Below, in pieces: positions 15,627 through 25,500 of a DNA stretch of 43,331 nt. Where the stretch lies: positions 1 to 43,331 of the IMG/VR virus record IMGVR_UViG_3300044856_000108; one strand, 5' to 3'. Each line of letters opens with the position of its first letter. Within the stretch, counting starts at the first letter, position 1. Position numbers and translations under genes: made by a program. The stretch is from a virus. Under the pieces are notes generated by a model that was not told where the DNA came from, did no database searches, and worked only from the letters and a program-made list of their open reading frames with translations.

Positions 15627-16141
15627 TTATTCACCTCCGTTTCTTCGATTTTCGTGTTACTTTCTTCGTCATCTTCCATAGCCTCCTCCACAGCCTCGCC
15701 CAAGTCGGGCGACTTGCGCTTAATCAACGCAATCAGCAGCTTCTTCACGCTGAATTTCCACTGCACACCGTGCAAGGCGCACACATGCCCCATGATGCTG
15801 TCCACCTCCCACACGCAGCCGAAGCCAAGCCCCACGGCCGCCGTGGTGGTGTGCGTAGCCCACCCCAGGGGCTCGAATATCGCAAGACCCACCACTGCGC
15901 CCACTATGAGGTAGGTGATGTAGTCCACGGCCTTGTTGCATGTTCGCCGGCCGGCTCGGCTGAAGCGGAAGTCATCGTGCTTTTTCATGCTCTCCGACAG
16001 GCCGAACCAGAAGTCAGCCACAATCAGCACCACTACCGCCACAAGCATCCACCGCAAGTCAAAGAGCGCGCTCAGTGCCTCCGTCCCCATTGCGCTCACG
16101 ATTAGCAGCTTTCCGCCGCTCATTACCGCCGTCCTCGTCAT
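15623..16141 (-). CDS. holin, multi-pass
   Basis: 172 aa with 3-4 hydrophobic segments, including LVAVVVLIVADFWFGLSE, and an acidic C-terminal tail. It overlaps the endolysin start. Confidence 0.7.
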   Translation of the reverse strand: MTRTAVMSGGKLLIVSAMGTEALSALFDLRWMLVAVVVLIVADFWFGLSESMKKHDDFRFSRAGRRTCNKAVDYITYLIVGAVVGLAIFEPLGWATHTTTAAVGLGFGCVWEVDSIMGHVCALHGVQWKFSVKKLLIALIKRKSPDLGEAVEEAMEDDEESNTKIEETEVNK

Positions 16142-16154
16142 GTGCCCTGTCTTA

Positions 16155-16433
16155 TTATCCCACCGTCACAAGCACAGCACCCACAGTTCCGGCTATCGCG
16201 CCAAGCACGTCAGCCACAATGTCGCCCCGGCTTGGCTTGCAGCCGTGCTGCCAGTCGGTGAACTCCTTGCACAGCCCGGCGCCCACGGCGGCATACATCG
16301 CTGCCCACGCCACCACGGCTCGGTTCTCGCAGCCGAGCAGCACTGCCAGCAGACCGCCCACAAAGGCGATTGCCAGGCACACGCAGAAATGATAAATCTT
16401 GTCAATTCCAAATTTTTCCCATAACCATAACAT
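16155..16433 (-). CDS. small membrane protein, a possible second holin or antiholin
   Basis: 92 aa with 3 hydrophobic segments, immediately upstream of the holin. Confidence 0.55.
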   Translation of the reverse strand: MLWLWEKFGIDKIYHFCVCLAIAFVGGLLAVLLGCENRAVVAWAAMYAAVGAGLCKEFTDWQHGCKPSRGDIVADVLGAIAGTVGAVLVTVG

Positions 16434-16485
16434 AATTACCTCCTTTTTTATTTATTTAATTAATTAAACATTAAGTTTCTTATAA

Positions 16486-17079
16486 TTAATCTCCTGTGAA
16501 CTTCTCGTTGTAAATCCAATAGTCACTCTCCTGTGCTCCGCTCAAATCCCTCGCAGGGCAGTACAGGCCATAAACATCTCCTTTCTTGCACGGATACCAA
16601 ATCTCACCATTGACTGAGAACTGGTAGATGTTCAAATCAGATAGTTGCAATTTGTTATAATAGTTGCCTATATTTAGCTGCCAATCACAATCTTCCCATT
16701 TGTCCTCCGTGATAGTTAATTCATAATTATCTATATAATATGTCAGACGGTTCAGTTTTTGAAAATGATACTTTTGATTGTTAATGACCTTGAAATTACC
16801 CAAATATAATATTGCGTTTCCGAAATACCGATTATATGAAGGTCCCATTTGAAGTACGATGTAACCAAAACTTTGTTTGCTTTTGCCCATGTACCTACCG
16901 ATAACCGCTTCTTGTGATTTACCGTCGTTGGGTACATTATTATGGCTGTAGATATAATCTATTGTGGTCTCTTTAGTAACTCGGTAGGGGGTAAGCACTC
17001 CTGCGTTGTTTGTGCGGAGGTGGTCTAACAGGGTGTAGCCACCTCCGTTAATCACAAGTAGTCTTCTGAGTGCGCTCAT
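16486..17079 (-). CDS. low-GC distal fiber or receptor-binding candidate
   Basis: 197-aa ORF rich in Tyr and Asn, in a sharply AT-rich block. It overlaps the stop of the collagen-like fiber gene. Confidence 0.55.
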   Translation of the reverse strand: MSALRRLLVINGGGYTLLDHLRTNNAGVLTPYRVTKETTIDYIYSHNNVPNDGKSQEAVIGRYMGKSKQSFGYIVLQMGPSYNRYFGNAILYLGNFKVINNQKYHFQKLNRLTYYIDNYELTITEDKWEDCDWQLNIGNYYNKLQLSDLNIYQFSVNGEIWYPCKKGDVYGLYCPARDLSGAQESDYWIYNEKFTGD

Positions 17080-17957
17080 AATGCCGTAAATTCAGCGACA
17101 ACAGCCAAGTTGTCAATTATACTAATCACATATCGCTTGCCCTCATGAAAGGTTGGAATTGCGTTCCACATCAGCTCCTCCGGCAGGCTCACCGCGCAAC
17201 TTGCGTCAGCCGTGAAGTCAAGCACATACTCATCGGCAAGTTCTCCGTGGGCGGAGAAATCGTAGCCGTCGCTGCCGTCCGAGTAATGCACGGTTGCCAC
17301 GCTTACCGCCGTCACGGGAGCGGTTGCCTTGTAGATGCGGTTTGGGTATATGTCCGCAAGCTCCATGCTATCCACGCTTTCTATCGGAAAGTTCTGCAAA
17401 TCCCCGGTGTCGCCTTTGTCGCCCTTTACTCCCGTCGCGCCGTCCTTGCCGTTCTTGCCGTCACTCACCAGCAGCAGCGTCGCCTCGTCGATGGCCTGCG
17501 CCGTCTGGTCGGTGGTCGGGTCGCCGTCATAGAGCGTTATCTCCACGCTCGTTGAGCCGGTGGCGGCGTTGGGGTTGATTGTGCCCGGAGCAGAAAGCAC
17601 GTTGCTCATGGCCGAAGCAGAGCCTTTCCACTCCACCTTGATGCGCCAGCCTTTGGGCAACGCCGTCAGTTGCTCAATCTTGCCGCCCTCGCTCTTGGTC
17701 ACGCCCACGAGCACGGCGGTAGTGTCGGCCTTGAACGTCTGGCCGCTCACCATGAGGCGGTACACCGTGGTTCCGCTCGCCACAATCTTCTTGAAAAGGC
17801 TCACCGGCAGCTTCTTCACCGTGCTGCCGTTTGCCGCAATCACGTTGTCGGTGTCGGCAAGCGCACTGCTCGCCTTTATGCCGTCAAGGTCGGTAGCCCC
17901 CAGCCTCAGTTGTGCTATCACCGCCGCTGTAATTTGATTGATGTCTTCCGTTGTCAT
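17076..17957 (-). CDS. tail fiber protein with a collagen-like G-X-Y segment
   Basis: The G-X-Y run is GKNGKDGATGVKGDKGDTGD. It lies after the large tail tip protein. Confidence 0.7.
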   Translation of the reverse strand: MTTEDINQITAAVIAQLRLGATDLDGIKASSALADTDNVIAANGSTVKKLPVSLFKKIVASGTTVYRLMVSGQTFKADTTAVLVGVTKSEGGKIEQLTALPKGWRIKVEWKGSASAMSNVLSAPGTINPNAATGSTSVEITLYDGDPTTDQTAQAIDEATLLLVSDGKNGKDGATGVKGDKGDTGDLQNFPIESVDSMELADIYPNRIYKATAPVTAVSVATVHYSDGSDGYDFSAHGELADEYVLDFTADASCAVSLPEELMWNAIPTFHEGKRYVISIIDNLAVVAEFTAL

Positions 17958-17991
17958 ATCTTCTTTTTTTCGTTTAATGCTGTAAAAAAAA

Positions 17992-20900
17992 TCACGCCTT
18001 GTGCCAGTTCAGTCCGCGGTCGCTGGTCTTTTCAATGCCGGCCGCCGTTATGCGCCAGCCGTAATCCCCGGCCATCATCGTGCAGCCGGCCGGCTGTGCG
18101 AATGTCGTCCCCTTGCTGTCGGTATAGGTCTTGTCAGTCGATTGCAGGTGGAACACGAACTTGCTTTCCCAAATCGACGCGAAGCCGTTTGCGCCCACCA
18201 CCGTTTCCGTCAGCAGCGAGCCCTCGTCTGCGGTAGGCACGAGAGCCACCTCGCCGCTGCCTTGATAGCCGCCCATGGTCAGCTTCACCGTGCCGCCACG
18301 CTCCGCCTCGCCCACCGAAGTCACCTGCACCGCAACTTTGTACGTCAGCTTCAAGTCGGTTATCGTCTTGTCGCACTTGATGCGCCAGTTGCCGCCGCCC
18401 ACGCTCTCCGCATAGCCTTGGTACTGCTGCACCAGCTCGTCGCTTATGTGGCGGCTGTAAGCCACCTCCACCGTCTCGTCCATAACGCCCAGCGCGCTTG
18501 TCACGGCCGCCTTGGCGGTGAAATAGATGTAGCGGTCGGCTGTCGTCACGGCAAACGTCGTGTGGGTCATCACCGCGCTCACCGTCACCTCGGCAGTGCC
18601 GGTAATGTTCTGCTCGGCAGTCGCCCCGGTTATCGCCTCACGGTCAACGGCAGAGGTCAGCTCACGCAGCATCGGTATGTCGTCGGCGGTGATGTTGAGC
18701 GAGCCCAGGTCGAGGAACGCCGTCTTAATCTTGCCACGCTCAAACAACGCCACCGTCTTGCCCTCGTCGTCCACGATGCGAGTGTGCGCCGCGGAGAGCG
18801 TTATCGTTTCAGCGTCTATGTCAACGCCGGCCTTTTTAATCTTTCCGTTGTTGCTCTCCGTCACCGTGAGCGCAATCCTGTTCGCAGTCTGCTCAATCTC
18901 AGTGCTGCTCATGCGCATCTCCGCCACGCTCACCTCGGCTATGTCAACAGGGTTCTGCGTGTTGATAAACAAGCCATCAAGGCGTGCGAATGTGCTTTCT
19001 GTGGTTATCACGTCCTCCGCCCAGTCGCCGCTGTCGCTGGTGGCGCTGCGCAGCTCTTCGTCTATCGTATTGCCGTCAGCGTCAGCCCCCAGCAGTCGGT
19101 AGCCTATATCCTGCGTGCCATTCAACAAGTCACGCACCTTGATGCGGAGTGTCAGCCTTGATGGTGTGGTGGGCTGCGTCACCCACCCGGTGCCTATCGT
19201 GTAGTCCTCCCAGCCGTCATTCTCGGAGATGTATGTTATGCCGTCCTCTGATTTCAGCTCCCACTGCGGAGCGGTCTTGCCCTGCACGATTGGCAAGCCG
19301 GCGCACGTCAGCACGCCCTCGCCCATAGCCAATGCCTTTCCGCCGGCCACCGCTGCCGCTCCGTTGTCGTCAGTCCAGCCGGCAAGACCGTTGAACAGCC
19401 AGCCGTTCACCAGCAGATTGTTCGTCGCCCAGTTGTCACTTATCACGCTGCGGAGCTTGTTGTCCATAAGCTCAAACAGCTGCTTCACGTCGTTGCCGTT
19501 CGAGAGCACGAATGTCCCTCGCAGATAGGCGTTGTCGGCATACAGGCCGTCACCTTGCGGCTGTGCGTCAACGGGGAAATGCGAGTCCACTATGCCCTCC
19601 AGATTGCCCAGCCTTGCACGCAAGCAGCCGGTGAAAGCGGTGTCCTTGCTCGCAACTCCGCTCATCACATCTACCCTCGGCTGTCCGTCCTCGGTGGCGG
19701 ATATGAGCACGAGGTCTTGCCTGTCTGCGTTCTGCGTGTTGCCCATGAGCACGCACTCGTCTCCCGGTTGCGGCGTGTCCTGCCCCAAAAATTCACTCTT
19801 CGGCACAAGCACGCTGTCCTTGCTCTGCACGCCGCTCACCTCCACCCAGTAGCCGCGAGGCGTGGCGGCAGTCTCTCCGCCGTCAACATCAACCGTGGAG
19901 AACGTCTGGCAGCGCATCAGGTCGTGGGCGGCGAAGGTGTTCTCCGCCTCAAAGGTGATGATGTAATTCGTGGCACTCTCCGACACGGCCTTTATCTTGC
20001 CGTTGGCCGCGCTCACGCATATCTGGCCGCCCACGCTGCGCACCTTGCCTATGAGCAGCTCAAGCACCGCCCATGTCTTACGCACCGTCAGCCTGTCAAG
20101 CGTGGCGCAGCTCTCGCCGCTGGCATTCTGCCAAATCCTCCAGCCCTCGCCCATGAAGCCGTCACGGAAATTCTCCGAGCCGGTCTGCCCAACGATTGCC
20201 TTTGCTATGGTGGCCAGCGCGCGCACCACGATGTCCTCTGACTCCAGTCCGCTCTCGAAGTTGATGCGCCCCTTTGCCGTGTCGTCGATGTCCTTGCGCA
20301 AAAACTCGTTCAACGCCTTTTCCTTGTCGGCAAACTGCTTAACCGCCCTCGCAGCAGAGAAAGCATTGCTCTCGCTTGGCGTGGTGCTGTCATGGGTGGT
20401 AATAAGATAGACTGACGTGCCGCCGCCAGTGCCGCCTACACCAGTGTAGGTATATCCTTTGTACGCAAGTGTGTCGATATTCTCCGACAATGCTTCCAAC
20501 TTGCTGTATTCACTATTGTCACTGACGGTATAAGTGACCTTGCTGCCGTCAAGGTACTTCTCGAAGCCATACACTCTCGATGAGCGGCTGTCTTTGAAAA
20601 AAGCCGGATTGACGAGCTTGATTTTCTGGCCAAGACCAAAGTCAAGCTCGTCAGCTGTGGCGTGTGTCTGCTTGCCGCTCTCGTCCTCAGTGTAGCCATA
20701 GTATCGCACGATGTTGACAGGGCACGTGTAGCTTTTTGCGTCAACTTTTAGCTTTTCCGCGTCTTTTTTTGCAGCCGCCAGCAGCTCCTTTTCAGCCAAT
20801 TCGATGTAGTTGTCGCTTCCGCCCAAATCTGCTGACAGATAGCTTATGTCGAAATTGTAGAGGGAGTATTTGTCACCGACGGCTGGCTTCAAGTCATCGT

Positions 20901-22047
20901 TTGGCAGTTTCACTCCATAGGAGTCGTTGCGCACAATCTCATAGACTTGCGCCTCTGGATTCCAAGTGCCGTCGTCGAGCTTCTCGTTCAAGCCGTCGGG
21001 ATTGAAGTTCACATCGAAATCCATGCCGGCCAACGCCCCGGACTCGAATATCATCTTAAAACCCTCGTTGCTGTTTTTCAGCTTGTAGTCGTTTGAGAGC
21101 TTTATCCCGGCATCGGTGAAGCGGAATGCGTTCCATTTTGTCACCGCACCAGTGTCAGAGTCGGTGTCGGAATACTCTTTTGTCGTAACAGAAGAAATCG
21201 TGCCGATACGGTGCGGATAGATGTCGTCGTACACGAAGACCGTCTCCACGGCTTGCTCCGTTGGCAAATTGTTGGCCGTGTCAACGTAAGGCGTGCCCTG
21301 CGGCAACATCAACCGCTTCTCCCTTATGCTGCCAACCACCACCTCGTCGCTGTCTGGGCGATAGGCTTGCGTCAAGTTCCGTTTGCTTCCAAAGGCGATA
21401 ATTCGTGTCGCATAGCTTTGGCTGCTGTCGGTCGCACTCATGCCGTTAACCTCATCTCCCTCTGCAAGTTCAACGTCTGTTCCCAACTCGCAACGCCCGA
21501 AGTGAATGACATTATCCGTGACCCACCATTCGCAGTCAAAGGCTTTTGCGATGCTGCCCAGAGCAGCGATGATGCTTGAATTCTCATAACTCACGAGCTT
21601 CAATTCTGCTGTGACCGAGCTTTGAATGTCGGCCACATAAGCCTTGCCCTCGTAGGTATAGCCAAGAGCCGCAAGGTTGCTTACGACGATTGAGGCGTGG
21701 TGTGCGATGTCGTGCGTGAGGGTGAAGCTGCACTCCCTTGCGTGCTGGCGGTCGTAGTACAGGATTTTGTTCGACCACTTCCAGTAGTGCGCTTGCATCG
21801 GCAGCTCATACTGCCATGCGCCACTGGCCGCAAGGGTAGGGCGGTAAAGCGAGGTGACCTCAAATCTGCCAAACGTACACTTGCACCAGTCGCCGATTGC
21901 AAACCTGACCGGCGTGGCAAGCACGAATTTCAGCAACAGCTCCTCTTTCTTCATCAGCTCTGCTGCGTAGGTACTGCCGTCATTGGGAATGATTGTGGCT
22001 CTCTCGTTCCCCGACAAATCGTATATCGTCAACTGCTCAATTCCCAT
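17992..22047 (-). CDS. large tail tip or host-specificity protein
   Basis: 1351-aa ORF positioned after the tape measure and a small Dit-like gene. Confidence 0.7.
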   Translation of the reverse strand: MGIEQLTIYDLSGNERATIIPNDGSTYAAELMKKEELLLKFVLATPVRFAIGDWCKCTFGRFEVTSLYRPTLAASGAWQYELPMQAHYWKWSNKILYYDRQHARECSFTLTHDIAHHASIVVSNLAALGYTYEGKAYVADIQSSVTAELKLVSYENSSIIAALGSIAKAFDCEWWVTDNVIHFGRCELGTDVELAEGDEVNGMSATDSSQSYATRIIAFGSKRNLTQAYRPDSDEVVVGSIREKRLMLPQGTPYVDTANNLPTEQAVETVFVYDDIYPHRIGTISSVTTKEYSDTDSDTGAVTKWNAFRFTDAGIKLSNDYKLKNSNEGFKMIFESGALAGMDFDVNFNPDGLNEKLDDGTWNPEAQVYEIVRNDSYGVKLPNDDLKPAVGDKYSLYNFDISYLSADLGGSDNYIELAEKELLAAAKKDAEKLKVDAKSYTCPVNIVRYYGYTEDESGKQTHATADELDFGLGQKIKLVNPAFFKDSRSSRVYGFEKYLDGSKVTYTVSDNSEYSKLEALSENIDTLAYKGYTYTGVGGTGGGTSVYLITTHDSTTPSESNAFSAARAVKQFADKEKALNEFLRKDIDDTAKGRINFESGLESEDIVVRALATIAKAIVGQTGSENFRDGFMGEGWRIWQNASGESCATLDRLTVRKTWAVLELLIGKVRSVGGQICVSAANGKIKAVSESATNYIITFEAENTFAAHDLMRCQTFSTVDVDGGETAATPRGYWVEVSGVQSKDSVLVPKSEFLGQDTPQPGDECVLMGNTQNADRQDLVLISATEDGQPRVDVMSGVASKDTAFTGCLRARLGNLEGIVDSHFPVDAQPQGDGLYADNAYLRGTFVLSNGNDVKQLFELMDNKLRSVISDNWATNNLLVNGWLFNGLAGWTDDNGAAAVAGGKALAMGEGVLTCAGLPIVQGKTAPQWELKSEDGITYISENDGWEDYTIGTGWVTQPTTPSRLTLRIKVRDLLNGTQDIGYRLLGADADGNTIDEELRSATSDSGDWAEDVITTESTFARLDGLFINTQNPVDIAEVSVAEMRMSSTEIEQTANRIALTVTESNNGKIKKAGVDIDAETITLSAAHTRIVDDEGKTVALFERGKIKTAFLDLGSLNITADDIPMLRELTSAVDREAITGATAEQNITGTAEVTVSAVMTHTTFAVTTADRYIYFTAKAAVTSALGVMDETVEVAYSRHISDELVQQYQGYAESVGGGNWRIKCDKTITDLKLTYKVAVQVTSVGEAERGGTVKLTMGGYQGSGEVALVPTADEGSLLTETVVGANGFASIWESKFVFHLQSTDKTYTDSKGTTFAQPAGCTMMAGDYGWRITAAGIEKTSDRGLNWHKA

Positions 22048-22052
22048 GTCCG

Positions 22053-22505
22053 TCAGCTTCTGTTATGTGGATTTGGCTCATTGAATTTTAGCACGAACTT
22101 CGCCAATCGTCCATTAAATTCACTATACTGCGAGCAACTTGTGTACAGCAGATGGTAGGTCTCACCCTGCGTCCACGTCTTGCCCCAATTCTCGCTCCAA
22201 TCGACGCGCAAATCAACAGCTCCGGCCTCCAGTGTGGCAATAAGAGCAGCATACCGCGTCAAGAATTGCGCATAACTACTGGCTTGCAAACCAATAGTGA
22301 TTTGCACATCTCTAGCATTGACCTTTGGCGCAAAGCCGGGCAGTGTGCGCTTGCCGTCAATAGCTGCATTGCTGTTGGTGGGATAGTCTTTCAGCCCACC
22401 ATGCTGATGCAGTGCGGCGACAGAGCCATTGCCGAGCAACACGCCCTGCAAACCTCCGGTGGTGTTCACCTCTTTGCCGTTGATATTCAGCTTGTATCTA
22501 ATCAT
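22053..22505 (-). CDS. distal tail protein-like
   Basis: 150-aa ORF with an ATGA overlap to the tape measure stop. The call rests on position only. Confidence 0.5.
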   Translation of the reverse strand: MIRYKLNINGKEVNTTGGLQGVLLGNGSVAALHQHGGLKDYPTNSNAAIDGKRTLPGFAPKVNARDVQITIGLQASSYAQFLTRYAALIATLEAGAVDLRVDWSENWGKTWTQGETYHLLYTSCSQYSEFNGRLAKFVLKFNEPNPHNRS

Positions 22506-25500
22506 AACCGTTGCGTATGCTTTTTAATGTCATTCAACGTGTCCTTTATCTCAAAGAGCTGCCGTGTGTTGCGGCTTATATCCTCGAGGTGTCCGAGGCT
22601 CAACAGGGAAAATCCGCGTATCTCGTCAATGCTCGTTGCTATTCGGCCGACACCTTGCCGCATCGCGGCCGTATCCATTTGTATTGCCGCGAAGCGGCCA
22701 TTCAACTCCTCGGCGGTCTCTTGTCCCATGCTCTGGAATCCGCCACTTGTGCCGTTCTGGCTGGTCGCGTCGTCGCTCCACCCCATGTTGTTCTTTATGT
22801 TCTCGCGCTCTTTCAACGCATCATCAACAATCTGCTGATATTCCTTTTTGAGACGTGCCTGCTCGTCTGCTGTCAGACTGCCGTCGGCCATTGATTTCGC
22901 CCACTTCGCGTAAAAGTCTTTCAGCTTCTCCTTGTACTTATCGTTTATAAGTCCCTTCAACACCGCATTGCGGAATTGCTTTTCCATGTCATTCGCAAAG
23001 TCCTGCGAGGTCTTTCCGAGGTCGGTGAAGAACGAATTGAAATTGTCAAGCAAGCTGTCAAAATCGGTGAACGTCAGAGCCTTTTGTGCGGCTTCTTCGT
23101 TCTCCTTGATTTTCTCGCTGCTGTTGCCGATTTCTACGAGGTACTCGTAGAAGTCTTTGGCATTGACGCGCAACTCCGCCCAGAATTGAGCAAGGCGGCC
23201 AGTACCGAGAAGCTCTTGCAGTCTTTCGGGACTGATGTTCATTATGGTCTGTTGCCAGTCCTCTCCGAACACACTTACCGCCTCGGCCTTCGCTTGTGCG
23301 CTTAGATTCTTATTCAGCTTGTAGCCTTGGCTGTGGTGATTCCAGTCCGCGCCGGCTGAAATCCACAGTTTAGCCATCTCCCTTGCGGCATTGGCTTGGG
23401 ATTTAACAAGCGCATCGGCTTCCCTTTGCGCGGCTGCGGCCTCATATCCCCAGCTCTCGGAGATGTACTCCTTTTTCTTTTTCAAGATGTCGTCCCACAC
23501 CTCGTCAAGTTCCTTGTGTATGGCGACCATGTTGTTGTATGCCGTCCAGTCGAAGCCTCCGAGACCACCGAACCAGCTGCCGATGCCCTTGATTATGCCT
23601 TGCACAATCTTTCCAACATCTTTTACAATGGTGACAATTATCTGCGGCAGTTGTTCCAAGATTCCACTAATTGCATCACCGATTTTGTTCAGCAAGTCGT
23701 CAATGAATTGCGTCGGGTTGTCACCAAGGGCATCAAGGATTTGCAAAATCGTTCCTACTATGCCACCAATCTTTCCTCCAAGCTCGCTCAGTCCTTTGGC
23801 AACGCCGTCAGACCCCTTGCTCAAAGAGGTCACGAGCTTGCTTATGCCGTTGGCAAAGCCGTAAAGCGAGCCTCCCTTCATCTCATTCAAGTAAGAGGCG
23901 AAGTTCTTCAGTCCATTAGATGCGGCTTGCGTAGAGTTGGACAAGTCAGCTTTCTTGCTGTCCGAGGTGTCTTGCGCCTCGTTCAGTGCTTGCTCGGTGG
24001 CTTTGACGGCTGTCTGCGCCATCTGAACCTTTGACTTGGCCAATTGCCGCGACGAGTCGTCGGTGGCGTTGGCCAGCTCGTTCTGCGCTTTCTCAAGATT
24101 GTCAACAGCTTGTGCGTGCAGCTCCGTCTGATGTTGCAGTGTTCGCACGCTTGCCTGATAAGATTTGACTTGCTGCGAGATTTGCCCCCACTGCTTGAAG
24201 TTGAATGGACTTGCGGCTGTTCCACCAGTCTCTTGCGTCAGCTTGCTGCGTAAATCGGTGTAGCTTTTCTTGCTCTCCGCTGGCAGAGCCTTGAACTCCG
24301 CAGTCTTCATGTATGCCTCGATTTGCTTGATTGTTTCTTTGGCAATGTCGGCAAGCACGTTGCCAACGCCGTCAAACGCGGCACCCCAGTCAATGTTCAT
24401 TGCAAGGTTCTTTGCCGTGGCTTGGCTGAGCGCAGCATCACGTTCACGCTGCAAGGATTTCAGCTGCCACTGCTTCTCCTCGTCACTTACCGCACTGGCA
24501 TTGACTTCCTTGATTTTCTGCGCATACTCCTGCGCAATGGCATACTTCTGCTCTTGCAACGTGCCGTATTTTTCCAAATAATCGAGCATGGCTTGCAGCT
24601 GGCTTTGCAGCTGTTCTTTCTCCAATGCCTCCAATTCCTTTGATTTCTGCTCCTCGTTGAGCCGCTGCGCTTTCACCAGTGCTGCCGTCTGGTCGGCCGT
24701 CAAGCCATTCTCTCCAGTCGTGGCATTGGCCTTTTTATTCTCCTCGCGCCACTGCTTTTGCTGTTGTTCGAGCTCTTCTTTGCGCCCATTGTAGTCGGCG
24801 ACTATCTGCTTGCGCTTTTTCTCCGCACCGTCGGCCATTGCGTTGATTTCGGCTTCGTCATTCTTCTTTTGCAACGCCTCCAGCTCCTTTTGCAGATGCT
24901 CGGCGAGCTTCTTGCGCTCCTCGATTTCCTTGCGTTGGGCGGCTTGCTCATTCTTCCGGTCGGCTTTTCCTCTGCGCCCGGAACTTTTCGATGATGATGA
25001 CGCCGGCTTGACGCCAGCCGATTTGAGTTCGGCCTGCCGCTTGCGCTCCTCGTCATTCTGCCGCTTCTGTATGGCGTTAGCCTGTGCGATGTAACGCCCG
25101 GCCTCTTTCTCAGCCTCCGCTTGTTTGCGACGAGCGGCCAGTTGCCCGGCTTGCTCGTCGTAGGCATAGTAGTGGTATTCTTTCGGGCCATTTATGGCTC
25201 GATAATCCTGCTGCAACTCTTGCCGTATGTTTTTGTCGCCGGCTCGTCTGCGTCGCTCATACTCCTCACGGCTTATCTCTTTTGTCAAAAAATCTTTTTT
25301 TGCGACTTTTGCCGGCTGCGCAGTCAGTTCAAACGCTTTTTTGTAAAGCTCCGCAGCGGCTGCGGCTGCACCCATTGCCGCAGCGCGGTGTTGCATGGCT
25401 CTCTCAAAATGGGCGAGATTGTCGTTACTGTTGAAAAGCCTCTCCGCATCAGCCACATTGTCAATGGCAATGCCGAGGTCGGCAAAGGCACTTTGATTTT

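Noticed and set aside
18001-19161. 386-aa plus-strand ORF, together with similar ORFs at 15039..15914 and 36273..37139
   Set aside because: These are shadow ORFs inside large minus-strand structural, lysis and terminase genes. Their composition is Arg/His/Leu-rich and non-protein-like, and no motifs are present.
14144-22047. Diversity-generating retroelement targeting the fiber genes
   Set aside because: I looked for a reverse transcriptase gene and for a template/variable repeat pair near the fiber 3' ends. No RT-like ORF is present in the window, and I saw no duplicated stretch of about 100 bp.
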